A DNA stretch of 64,000 nt from Dicyema japonicum (Eukaryota > Animalia > Dicyemida), in assembly GCA_011109175.1 (NCBI GenBank), contig RDEW01000055.1:15516-79515 (forward strand). The letters are read 5' to 3'. Shown here piece after piece: positions 11,798-23,319 of this stretch; positions within the stretch are counted from its first letter, which is position 1, and each line of letters starts with the position of its first letter. Position numbers and translations under genes: made by a program. The notes under the pieces were generated by a model that was not told the DNA's origin, did not search any database, and saw only the letters and a program-made list of their open reading frames with translations.

Positions 11798-14508
11798 CGT
11801 AATATGAGGAATTCTCATTTTTATGAGTTTTGTTAAACTGGAAAAGACAGCGAATTAAAGAAATAAGAGATTTATCATTTTTTTCAATTGCGATATTCGG
11901 AAAAATTTAACGAAATAAGAGAAGTTCTTATTTTTATGAGTTCCAAAAAACTGAAAAGACAACGACTTCACGGAATAAGAGATTCTCATTTTTATGGGTT
12001 TCTACAAATTTAAAACATACCGATTCACGAAATAAGAGATTTCTTATTTTTGAGTTCCAAAAACGGGAAAAACAGCGACTACAGGTAATAGGTGAATTCT
12101 CATTTTATGAGTTTCAAAAAACTGAAAAGACAGCGAATTAAACGAAATAAGAGATTTATCATTTTTTGAGTTGCGAAAATCGGAAAAAATTTAACGAAAT
12201 AAGAGAGTTTATCATTTTTATGAGTTCCAAAAAACTGAAAAGACAGCGAATTAACGAAATAAGAGTTTATCATTTTTATGGGTTTCTACAAATTTAAAAC
12301 ATACCGATTTACGGAATAAGAAAGTTCTCATTTTATGAGCTTCGGTAAACTGAAAACACAGTGAATTAACAACATAGAGATTTATTCTTTTGATTTCCAG
12401 AAACGGGAGGAACAGCGACTACACGTAATAAGGAGAATTCTCATTTTTATGAGTCGTTTAAACTGAAAAACATAGCGAATTAACAACATAGAGATTTCTT
12501 ATTTTTGAGTTCCAGAAACCGGGAGGAACAGCGACTACACGTAATAGGAGACAACGACTTCACGGAATAACAGGTTTCTCATTTTTATGGATTTCTATAA
12601 ATTTAAAACACTGCGATTTAACGAGATAAGAAATTTCGTGTTTTTATGGGTTTCTACAAATTTAAATCATAGCGATTAACGAAATAAGAGATTTATCATT
12701 TTTATGAGTTCCGAAAAACTGAAAAGACAGCGAATTAACGAAATAAGAGATTTATCATTTTTGAATTCCGAAAAACTGAAAAGATAACGAAATAAGAGAT
12801 TTATCATTTTTATGAGTTCCAAAAAACTGAAAAGACAACGACTTCACGGAATAAGAAGTTTCTCATTTTTATGGATTTCTACTAATTTAAAACATACCGA
12901 TTCACGGAATAAGATATTTCTCATTTTATGAGTTTTGTTAAACTGAAAACATAGCGAATTAACAACATTCAGATTTCTTATTTTTGAGTTCCAGAAACGG
13001 GAGGTACAGCGACTACACGTAATATGAGAATTCTCATTTTTATGAGTTTTGTTAAACTGAAAAGACAGCGAATTAACGAAATAAGAGATTTCTCATTTTT
13101 TCAATTGCGATATCGGAAAAAATTTAACGAAATAAGAAATTCTTATTTTTATAGTTCGAAATAACTGAAAAGACAACGACTTCACGGAATAAGAGTTTCT
13201 CATTTTTATGGATTTCTACAAATTTAAAACATACCGATTCACGGAATAAGATATTTCTCATTTTAGAAGTTTCGTTAAACTGAAAACATAGCGAATTAAC
13301 AACATTCAGATTTCTTATTTTTGAGTTCCAGAAACGGGAGGTACAGCGACTACACGTAATATGAGAATTCTCATTCTTATGAGTTTTGTTAAACTGAAAA
13401 CACAGCGAATTAAAGAAATACGAGATTTCTCATTTTTTCAATTGCGATATCGGAAAAAATTTAACGAAATAAGAAATTCTTATTTTTATTAGTTCGGAAT
13501 AACTGAAAAGACAACGACTTCACAGAATAAGAGTTTCTCATTTTTATGGATTTCTACAAATTTAAAACATACCGATTCACGAAATAAGAGATTTCTTATT
13601 TTTGAGTTCCAAAAACGGGAGGTACAGCGACTACACGTAATATGAGAATTCTCATTTTTATGAGTTTTGTTAAACTGAAAACACAGCGAATTAAAGAAAT
13701 ACGAGATTTCTCATTTTTTCAATTGCGATATCGGAAAAAATTTAACGAAATAAGAAATTCTTATTTTTATTAGTTCGGAAAAACTGAAAAGACAACGACT
13801 TCACAGAATAAGAGATTCTCATTTTTATGGATTTCTACAAATTTAAAAACATACCGATTCACGGAATAAGATATTTCTCATTTTATGAGTTTAGGTAAAC
13901 TGAAAACACAGCGAATTAACAAAATAGAGATTTCTTATTTTTGAATTCCAGAAACGGGAGGTACAGCGACTACACGTAATATGAGAATTCTCATTTTTAT
14001 GAGTTTTGTTAAACTGAAAACACAGCGAATTAAAGAAATACGAGATTTCTCATTTTTTTCAATTGCGATATCGGAAAAAATTTAACGAAATAAGAGATTC
14101 TTATTTTTATGAGTTCCGAATAACTGAAAAGACAGCGAATTAACGAAATAAGAGATTTATCATTTTTATGAGTTTCTACAAATTTAAAACATACCGATTC
14201 ACGAAATAAGAGATTTCTTATTTTTGAGTTCCAAAAACGGGAGGTACAGCGACTACACGTAATATGAGAATTCTCATTTTAATGAGTTTTGTTAAACTGA
14301 AAACACAGCGAATTAAAGAAATACGAAATTTCTCATTTTTTCAATTGCGATATCGGAAAAAATTTAACGAAATAAGAAATTCTTATTTTTATTAGTTCGG
14401 AAAAACTGAAAAGACAACGACTTCACAGAATAAGAGTTTCTCATTTTTATGGATTTCTACAAATTTAAAACATACCGATTCACGAAATAAGAGATTTCTT
14501 ATTTTTGA
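11798..14508. repeat. Complex satellite of ~50-60-bp monomers with 5-mer/6-mer higher-order repeats
   Basis: Core AATAAGAGATTTCTCATTTTT recurs throughout. The marker GAGGTACAGC falls at 13001, 13338, 13619, 13958 and 14241 (periods 337/281/339/283). Confidence 0.95.
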
Positions 14509-14509
14509 N

Positions 14510-16160
14510 GATTATAACCAAGTGATCGAATACCTATTAAGTATTGATTCTTCTGATGCATGGAACGTCCTTCAAACAAGATCAGAAGAATTGGCCTCAA
14601 ATTGTTTTGAAAAATTCAGTTATCTTGTCCGGTTTCTTTGGGATTCATTATTTAGTTATACCTGTTGAATAATTTTATTAGATGATGGCTTTGAATGGAA
14701 AGAATTTGTCGATCATACAATCAACATTTTGCGATCTTTCTCTGCTAAAATTACACTGGAATTTCTTTATCACATATCAGAGGTACTTGTTAATTATATT
14801 TTTTTAGAACTCACCTAAAGTTTACAATCATGTATGTTTTACAATACTCGAGCTTTTGTTGTTACAATATAATGAATTAATGAATTGTTCTACTCTACCC
14901 TTTGTACCTTTCTTTTATATAATCTGTTATTTTATTAGGAGAAACTTGGAGAAATTAGGAAGTCGATTTTTCTAGTCATAAAACATATGCAAGTATGAGT
15001 TTATATCGATTTTCAAGATTTCAAATTACGATGATCTGGTTTCCTTATGTCAACAATATTCCTACTCTGAAGGAATTTTAAATTTATATGAATCTAAAAA
15101 ATTGTATTTTAGATACGTTTTAAACTGTAGATACCCTCAAATTTTGATGCACTATATAAAAGAGAATGATATTGATAATGTAATACAGTGTTGTAAAAAA
15201 TACGGGTTGTAAAAAACTGTATTCGAAAATATAAATTAGAGATGAATTTCCAGAATTGTGGATACGAGCTATTCCTTTTCTTTTGACAAATACTTTATTA
15301 GATGACTGCCATATTAAACAGCTTCTTGATTTAGTTTTGGATAATCCAGATGTATCTGGGTTACTAGTAATCCAGACTCTTTTAAAAAAGCATGACGTAA
15401 AATTTGGAGCTATCAAGGCTGAAATATTTATATAAATTTTGTAGGATTATATTATTAAATTTCACCGTCAACAAGAAATATATATTGAAAATCAAAAGAA
15501 TGAAATTTCAAATATGCTATATTACATAGAGAAAACAAAAAATAAAATAAAAAATATTAAATCTGGGTATTTTTTATTTTTAAATATCGCTAAGCATAGT
15601 TAATTATAAATAATATTTTAACCCTTAAAAAAGCAACAATTAAAAATATATCAAATTCTAAAAAAATTCTAGAGTTCATGTGTTCATGACGTTAAATTGC
15701 TCTTTATGTGGAAAAGCACTGGATCTACCTTCGATACATTTTTTTTGTCGACATTCATTTCACAAATCGTATCTATATTAAAATTTGTACTTTAGATGTT
15801 ACGAAAGTCATTCAAACGTTGAGTCACTTTGTCCTTTTTGCGTTACTGATAGAAAGTAGCTATTTTATTGAAGCGTAGCTATTGTGAACAAATGATAATA
15901 AATAAAAACAACATCAAAAATATTAGGAAAATTTTTTTTGAAGAGGTTTTAACTTAATAATTTAATTATAGGTAAATTCTTCTTTAGACAAGTTCGAGAA
16001 TATAACGGAATTTATCGGAAAAGGAATTCTTTCCTTTGTATATTTATTTTTATTTATTGTTTAGAATGAAGATTTAGCTGATCAAGATAAATCGGAAAAT
16101 AAAAATAATATCATGGAACTCCAAGCAAAATTAGATAACATTACTAAAAATTTCTTTTAA
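14510..16160 (+). CDS. VPS11: HOPS/CORVET subunit Vps11, 3' part (5' end lost at the contig join)
   Basis: After removing small introns: SNYDDLVSLCQQYSYSEGILNLYESKKL-YPQILMHYIKENDIDNVIQCCKKYGDEFPELW...LLVIQTLL...KDYII; RING-H2 CSLCGKALDLPSIHFFCRHSFHKSCY...CPFC; C-terminal FENITEFIGKGIL; TAA at 16158-16160. Confidence 0.9.
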
Positions 16161-16261
16161 AAACAATTTAGAATTTGATTTGTAGTAAAATCTATTTTAC
16201 TGGTTATTTTTCTCTTCCGATGTTTATTTAAATTTTTTTTAACACAATACAGTTTAATGAA

Positions 16262-16475
16262 AGGAGAAAGTTATATGGCAGCGGCAAGGACGCCGTGTGC
16301 GTTGCCGCAAACGATGGTCAGGCCGATGCGCTGGTGGAACTAGAGACTCTCTCTCGGATACTTAAGCCTCCTCCCAATCGACAGCCCGACCTTGTTAAGA
16401 AACAAATGAGTGTCCTTTCTCGCGGCTCCAGGGCAATTGGTACAACACGGTAGCGGTCCGCAAGGGCTGAATACT
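16262..16475 (-). mobile_element. CRE RLE 3' fragment
   Basis: Same young subfamily as 21481-21779 and 26590-26808 (shared CCGTTACCGTGTT..CCAATCGCCCTGGAG-like block). Confidence 0.75.
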
Positions 16476-16526
16476 TAACAATCGCCATAGACTCCTGTGA
16501 ATAACAACAAAACTTAAACTAAAGTA

Positions 16527-17458
16527 CAATCAAACCACGTTTACTCGCCAAATTTGGGACCAAGCCAAAAAATGGAGTAACTGAATAATCAATAAAAAAT
16601 TTATAAGCACAAAATTAAAAAATAACTAAACTAAATAATAAAACAAATCATTATTTTGAAAAATAAAGAGCCAAATTACGAATTTAGAATAAAATAATAG
16701 TTCAATGTTGCTTTTCTAGTAAACATCGTATTTTCGATTAATTGATTAATAATTGATCATTTGAACTGCAATATTGTTGAGATGTTCGGCGGTAGAAAAA
16801 GAATTTCAATAAATTTTAATTCGATTAGTTTTTTATGTGATGAGCATTGGTCAATAATTAAAAGAATTTTTATTTTTTCCTTTTTTAATTCCATTTCCCA
16901 ATGATAAAGCCATTCATTAAAAATTTTGCTAGTCATCATTGCTTTTGAGGAATGACAGTATTTTAAGTATTTCTTAATTTTAACGTTTTTAAAATATCTT
17001 GGTTTCTACTATTTCCCAATCATTAATGGAATTTTCTTTTCTGACCCGGTCATATTTATGCATAAAAATAGCGAAAATCTACTAATGATTAATAAAGTTT
17101 CACCCGATCTTTAAGGATTTTATTTCCAGGTCAAGTTGTTAAGCAAATGCTTTTTGAAAGAACATTTTTATAAAAAAAACCAGTTTCGTAACCATTGTAA
17201 ACATTTTCACGATCATATTGTTCTAATTTCGTAGATAACATTATTTGAAATTTTTCAATTTGCTCTTTTAGATTTTCAGTTATTGAGCCAGATTCTTCAT
17301 GGAATAATCTTAATTTTACGTTGTTTCTCTTTTTGAATCTGGAATGCCATCCATTCCTTCCCCTAAAATCAGTTATTCCATGTGATCTTGCAATACCTTT
17401 TGCCTTTAATAAAATTGCATTCTCATCAAAAAATCCTCCAGCTAATTCTATTTTCTCG
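16527..17458 (-). mobile_element. pogo/Tigger DNA transposon, 3' part with TIR
   Basis: TA|CA(G/A)TCAAACC..GTTTACTCG terminus; CENP-B HTH (FRGRNGWHSRFKKRNN) and DDE remnants (LLIIDQCSSH, ILFLPPN). Confidence 0.8.
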
Positions 17459-18015
17459 NNNNNNNNNNNNNNNNNNNNNNNNNNNNNNNNNNNNNNNNNN
17501 NNNNNNNNNNNNNNNNNNNNNNNNNNNNNNNNNNNNNNNNNNNNNNNNNNNNNNNNNNNNNNNNNNNNNNNNNNNNNNNNNNNNNNNNNNNNNNNNNNNN
17601 NNNNNNNNNNNNNNNNNNNNNNNNNNNNNNNNNNNNNNNNNNNNNNNNNNNNNNNNNNNNNNNNNNNNNNNNNNNNNNNNNNNNNNNNNNNNNNNNNNNN
17701 NNNNNNNNNNNNNNNNNNNNNNNNNNNNNNNNNNNNNNNNNNNNNNNNNNNNNNNNNNNNNNNNNNNNNNNNNNNNNNNNNNNNNNNNNNNNNNNNNNNN
17801 NNNNNNNNNNNNNNNNNNNNNNNNNNNNNNNNNNNNNNNNNNNNNNNNNNNNNNNNNNNNNNNNNNNNNNNNNNNNNNNNNNNNNNNNNNNNNNNNNNNN
17901 NNNNNNNNNNNNNNNNNNNNNNNNNNNNNNNNNNNNNNNNNNNNNNNNNNNNNNNNNNNNNNNNNNNNNNNNNNNNNNNNNNNNNNNNNNNNNNNNNNNN
18001 NNNNNNNNNNNNNNN

Positions 18016-18420
18016 TACAGCGACTACACGTAATATGAGAATTCTCATTTTTATGAGTTTTGTTAAACTGAAAACACAGCGAATTAAAGAAATACGAGAT
18101 TTCTCATTTTTTCAATTGCGATATCGGAAAAAATTTAACGAAATAAGAAATTCTTATTTTTATTAGTTCGGAAAAACTGAAAAGACAACGACTTCACAGA
18201 ATAAGAGTTTCTCATTTTTATGGATTTCTACAAATTTAAAACATACCGATTCACGGAATAAGATATTTCTCATTTTATAAGTTTCGTTAAACTGACAACA
18301 TAGCGAATTAACAACATAGAGATTTATTATTTTTGATTTCCAGAAACGGGAGGAACAGCGACTACACGTAATAGGAGAATTCTCATTTTTATGAGTTTCG
18401 TTAAACTGAAAACATAGCGA
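18016..18420. repeat. Second block of the same satellite
   Basis: Near-identical to the higher-order units at 13620-14500. Confidence 0.95.
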
Positions 18421-18499
18421 TCAACAGGCGTTAGAATAGGATTACATCAAACCAGGTCGTTTTATATATCTGCATAAACTTATAGTTGTTTGATGAAAC

Positions 18500-18551
18500 A
18501 GGCCCTCCGCAGGAGCTAGGTCGCGGTGAGCGAAGCGAGCTGCCGAGCTAG
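18500..18551 (+). mobile_element. Helitron-like 3' terminus
   Basis: GC-rich hairpins (CTCC-GCA-GGAG; GCGAAGC at 18530-18536) ending in CTAG (18548-18551) followed by T. Confidence 0.45.
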
Positions 18552-18555
18552 TACT

Positions 18556-18849
18556 GTATAAAAACAGGAAAGATAAAATGTATCAAAGTATTGACTTTTT
18601 AGTGATTTTAAAATAAAAAGATAAATTTTGATCAACTTAATCAGAATTTTGAAAAATTATTTTTTTACTTTGAATTGTTTTCTTTGGGTTATATAGTGTA
18701 AAGTATAAAAACAGGAAAGATAAAATGTATCAAAGTATTGACTTTTTAGTGATTTTAAAATAAAAAGATAAATTTTGATCAACTTAATCAGAATTTTGAA
18801 AAATTATTTTTTTACTTTGAATTGTTTTCTTTGGGTTATATAGTGTAAA
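18556..18849. repeat. Two-copy 147-bp tandem duplication
   Basis: GTATAAAAACAGGAAAG starts at 18556 and 18703; the copies appear identical. Confidence 0.9.
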
Positions 18850-18994
18850 ACATTAAAAATAGTATTGACTTTAGAAGCTTTCTGCTGAATTTTAACTTGA
18901 ATTACGAATCAACATTTTTTGATTTTAATATTTTTTGATTTTAATTTGTTTATAAATTTAAATATTTAAATAAACACAAAATATTTAGCTGTAC

Positions 18995-19715
18995 ATGCAG
19001 TGCGCTGCACTCAAGAGGAGGTGTTCTGGTTCTAATATCGTTAATTATACATAATTTATTTAGAAGAAATTGGATCTCAAAAAATTAATGATAAATTGAA
19101 AAAATTGAACAAGCGTTTTTGCTATTTTTCGGAAAGCAAATTAATATCTAGAGAAAGGCAGGATGAATTTATCTCTGTCTTATCAATAATACCAGGTACA
19201 AGACTTAAAGAACCTTTTTTTTACAAATTTTAAGGATCAATCGAATTGTTTACAGATGTTGCAATGAAGCAAGTAATCGCGAGAAGAGCTTCTTGTGAGC
19301 AAATAAGAAATTTAAATTCTACTTGTCAGTGTATTTGCCATATGGATATTCTCACACCACATTGTCAATGCCCATGCTGGTACAAATTTTAATTAATTTA
19401 ATTTTTAATTATTATTTTAGAAATTTAGGATAATTGTATTTTTAGGAAAGATTTTATTAAAAAGGATCCCTGTTTTTCTGTCGACGACGTTCGAAAGTCG
19501 TGTAAAAATTTAATTACCCAAATGTTGGAGAAAGTAACAAAAATTTTTGACGAAATTCTTTATCAAAGATTGAATAGTTAGTTTATTTACATATTTATTA
19601 ATATACAGAGCAAAGTCAAGAATTTCATAAATTTTATGAACATGAAATTGGAGCTATTCCTCAAGATGTTACTTCTTGTAAGAATTCGAGGTCATTTTAT
19701 TTTAGACGTTTCGTA
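18995..19715 (+). CDS. Hypothetical spliced protein with Cys-rich motif CQCICH...HCQCPC
   Basis: Five GT-AG introns can be removed to give a continuous ~175-aa frame ending TAA at 19713-19715. Family not recognised; start codon uncertain. Confidence 0.55.
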
Positions 19716-19874
19716 ATATGACGAAAACAATACGCAAAATTAATTACATAAATGCTTTTTTCGATTTTTCATACTAATTCTTTTACTTGATAACTTAAAG
19801 ATTAAACAGAAAAACATTTTAACATTAGAGAAATGACCCATTTTTTAGACAAAATTAATGTTAATTAATAAACT

Positions 19875-20590
19875 CCTAGTTCGGCGGGCGAGAAGCTGAC
19901 GCGATCGAGAAAGAGTTAGAGCGTACTATCGCAAGGGATATCCGCTCGAAAAACCATCTCGATTCGCGGGCGTCGCCTGTGAGAGCGGACATGCGGGACC
20001 CGATCTCCTGACGACGCGATCGAGAAAGAGTTAGAGCGTACTATCGCAAGGGATATCCGCTCGAAAAACCATCTCGATTCGCGGGCGTCGCCTGTGAGAG
20101 CGGACATGCGGGACCCGATCTCCTGAACGAAGCTGATTGCCTTTCCGCCCAAGGAACCAGAAGTCTCAACCGCGAATGGAAGGAATTGGAACTTCTCCGT
20201 AAGTGAAGAGTACTTCCGCATCTTTTTGCATTCAGCGGTTGTGGCGATAGATTCAGGGGCGGATGCGANGAGAGCGGACATGCGGGACCCGATCTCCTGA
20301 ACGAAGCTGATTGCCTTTCCGCCCAAGGAACCGGAAGTCTCAACCGCGAATGGAAGGAATTGGAACTTCTCCGTAAGTGAGGAGTACTTCCGCATCTTTT
20401 TGCATTCGGCGGTTGTGGCGATAGATCCAGGGGCGGATGCGGACATCAGCAGGTTCTGAGGCGAGAAAGAGTCCACACACGTGGCATCCCAGGTAAGAGG
20501 CTTCCCCCTGTTGAAGGGGAACACAGTGATCCCGTCAGGCCTTTTCCCGTCCCCCCGGTCGATCCCAGTGGGTTCAAGCAAGTTCAAGCA
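19875..20590 (-). mobile_element. CRE RLE 3' part with internal tandem duplications
   Basis: LEPTGIDRGDGKRPDGITVFPFNRGKPLTWDATCVDSFS...FAVETSGSLG...WFFERISLAIVRSN. Confidence 0.9.
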
Positions 20591-20744
20591 AAAAAATTAT
20601 ATTTAAAATTATATTTTGAAAAAGTGGGGAAAACCTTATTAAAAAATAGTTAATTCATATATTAATTATGATATATAAATACTATCTTATATAAAATATA
20701 TAAACAATAAATTAACGTGCAGTATTTTTTCTTTGTGATAGAAT

Positions 20745-21288
20745 ATGGAACAATGTCATTCTATTAGTGGAAAAGATGTAAATCCACATTTATTAGTAAA
20801 AGCAATACGAGATTATCTTAAAAGGTATAAATATTATAAGTCAAACAGGTCTGACAAATTCAAGATTCCATCTAATGTCAACTTTATTAAAACCAGCAAC
20901 GCCAAGGAGCTTGCTCCAATGGATCCTGACTGGTTTGTTACCCGCACAGGTATATTTATTATTAATTTATTTTAGCGTCCATTCTTCTTAAGCTCTACAA
21001 AACTCGTAAACCTATCAGTCTTTTGAGATTTCAAAAGATTTATGGATGTTAGTTATTCTGTTACAATAAATATTAGCTAAAAAAAGGAGAGGGTGTAAGC
21101 CATGCCATTTTTACAAGGGGTCTCGTTCTCTCGTTAGAAGTTGTCTATCTTCCTTAAAAGAATTGAACCTGATTAATATCGTGGATTCAGGGAGAACAAT
21201 TTCTTCCGATGGACGATCTGTCATTGATATTCTTTCATTTGATGTTCATAAGATGTATGGGCATCTTGATTCTGCCATCCTTAATTAG
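20745..21288 (+). CDS. RPS19: 40S ribosomal protein S19 (divergent)
   Basis: Introns 20825-20848 (24 nt), 20950-20975 (26) and 21048-21076 (29). Product has KDVNPHLLVKAI...KELAPMDPDWFVTRTASIL...IYGSKKRRGCKPCHFYKGS...GRTISSDG; TAG at 21286-21288. Confidence 0.93.
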
Positions 21289-21480
21289 TAGTGTTCTCAT
21301 TTTTTGATCTATCTGGTACCTTACTATTATTAGTTTTCCAATTCTAATACTGAATTATTTTTTAAATATTTAGTAACCCTAAAATAATGAGTGTTATTCA
21401 ATCACCTGTCTCATAAATCAGATAAAAATCACGTCTCTTCCACTAATATGATCTATTTGGTTACTTAATTTTTTTAAAAT

Positions 21481-21779
21481 GTGAAACAAGCGGACTTGAT
21501 CGGGGGGACGGGAAAAGGCCTGACAATATTCCCGTACTCGTCCGGGAGAGCCCTCGTGTGGGATGTTACCGTTGTCGATACCTTCTCAAAGTCGAGGATC
21601 GATTCTTCCGCTGCAAACCCTTGTTCGGCTGCAAACCACGCCGAAAGGATGAAATTACAAAAGTATTCAGCCCTCGCGGACCGTTACCGTGTTATGCCAA
21701 TCGCCCTGGAGCCGCGGGAAAGGAGACTCACTCGTTCCTCAACGAGGTCGGGCTGTCTATTGGGAGGAGGCTTAAGGAT
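21481..21779 (+). mobile_element. CRE RLE fragment
   Basis: GLTIFPYSSGRALVWDVTVVDTFS...KLQKYSAL. Confidence 0.85.
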
Positions 21780-21780
21780 N

Positions 21781-22510
21781 GACCGTCCACGCCACCACTG
21801 CTGCTGAGAGGGAAACTCGCGATTCAGCTTAAGATCTCCGAAGGTGTAAACGAATGTGTAGGGGTTCCAGAGAGGACTGGCAAAGCGCGGAGGTCGGTAG
21901 GGGGCCGCCGGGTGTTTTAGTTTGAGTGACTCGAGAACCTTTTCTGACGGAGGTAAAACAATGTCATCGGAAGCCACAAGGCGGACAGCTGCTTTAACAT
22001 CATTTTCCATAAGCTTGGCGTGGACTTTATTACGAAGGTTAGCATTTTCAGGTTTATTCCTTGAAGGGGGCTCAGGTACAACGGGGGGAATGGGAAGAAC
22101 TGTGTATGGGTTTTGGTCAAAGAGGATGAGATTTTCCTTTAATTGCCAAGTCCGTGAACCACGCTGCTTCGAATTAGGTTCCCTGTAAGGTGTGCCAATG
22201 GCCATGGAACCGAAGCAAAATAATTTCAACCAATCAGTAGGCTGGTCAGAATCAAGGGAATTTACAATGGCCTTAGTGAGCGAGTCGGCGACGGCAATCC
22301 GAGCTGCTTTCGGAATTTTTATGAATATCTTCCGTGCGCGGCGCAGACCGGCAACAGTGGATAACACATCCTCGAAGGGGATGTCACAAACAGCCAGGCA
22401 AGACGGAGGTGGAGGATTTTGAGGGGGTACTGGCTTCAGGGGACAAACACTGAGACACGTCGGACATTTCCAGATTGCGAGGGCCGCACGAATAGAGATA
22501 AACATTGGCA
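21781..22510 (-). mobile_element. CRE N-terminal/pre-RT region
   Basis: WKCPTC, IPKAARIAVADSL, WLKLFCF, AKLMENDVKAAVRLVASDD...LKLKHP. Confidence 0.75.
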
Positions 22511-22536
22511 GCGACCACCTACCTCAATCTTTATGC

Positions 22537-23188
22537 GTGCGAACATCAACTACGATATGTGAAGACCTTTTCATCGGGTATGATACGTCTCGGACAAACT
22601 GGTCCGACTTCGAGATAGCAATGAAAATGCGTCTGATACAGCATCCAATTGAAAACTTCTCCTCAAATATACAGATCGAAAAACTTGATAAAACTCTCAG
22701 AGAAGCTATACTGGACTTCCTTCAAAAATCTTCGGTCAAAAAGTACATCAAATCAAATAGCAACAGAAAGACACAGATGGACGAATCTCTGGAAAAGCTT
22801 ATAAAATGGAAGGGGAACCTTGAAAAGAAGTTAAGACGATGTAGTGACCCCTTGGACTGTACTCGTCTTCGGGAGAAAGTTCTTATCATGAAAACAGAGA
22901 TAAATGATCTCGCAAGAAAACATTCAGACTCCGCTTGGAGGAATCAGTGCTCGAAACTGAATAAGAAAAACCCTCAATTTTTGAAGATTTTCAATCGACT
23001 CAGTCATGTAGAGAGCAAAGGAGAAGAGATTCGGCTAAAATCGGCTGATGGACTGGCCGTCTCACTTGAAGAGATTCCCTCATATCTGCGTGAACAATTG
23101 GCAAAAACTCAAGAGGTGGACCCGATTGATACGGTTCCTAAAGAATTTGTTCGTGAAGCACTAAGAAGTCTCCAAGCAAACTCGAGTC
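22537..23188 (+). mobile_element. Jockey/I-group LINE, endonuclease-RT linker fragment
   Basis: Homologous to 38932-39880 (AWRNQCSKLNKKNPQF versus AWKRECLKLNKKNPKF). Confidence 0.7.
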
Positions 23189-23319
23189 NNNNNNNNNNNN
23201 NNNNNNNNNNNNNNNNNNNNNNNNNNNNNNNNNNNNNNNNNNNNNNNNNNNNNNNNNNNNNNNNNNNNNNNNNNNNNNNNNNNNNNNNNNNNNNNNNNNN
23301 NNNNNNNNNNNNNNNNNNN

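Noticed and set aside
11798-14508. CRISPR array (palindromic repeat plus variable spacers)
   Set aside because: The 'spacers' are homologous and recur periodically, there are no cas genes, and the context is eukaryotic.
11798-14508. Baculovirus hr-like origin (EcoRI-centred palindromes)
   Set aside because: GAATTC is central in only one monomer class, and no viral genes are present.
14505-14515. Satellite inserted into VPS11
   Set aside because: The junction is a single N contig join, so adjacency is not established.
19898-20440. Biologically meaningful tandem duplications within the CRE
   Set aside because: One duplication is joined by a single N (20269), typical of overlapping contig ends, so assembly artefact is likely.
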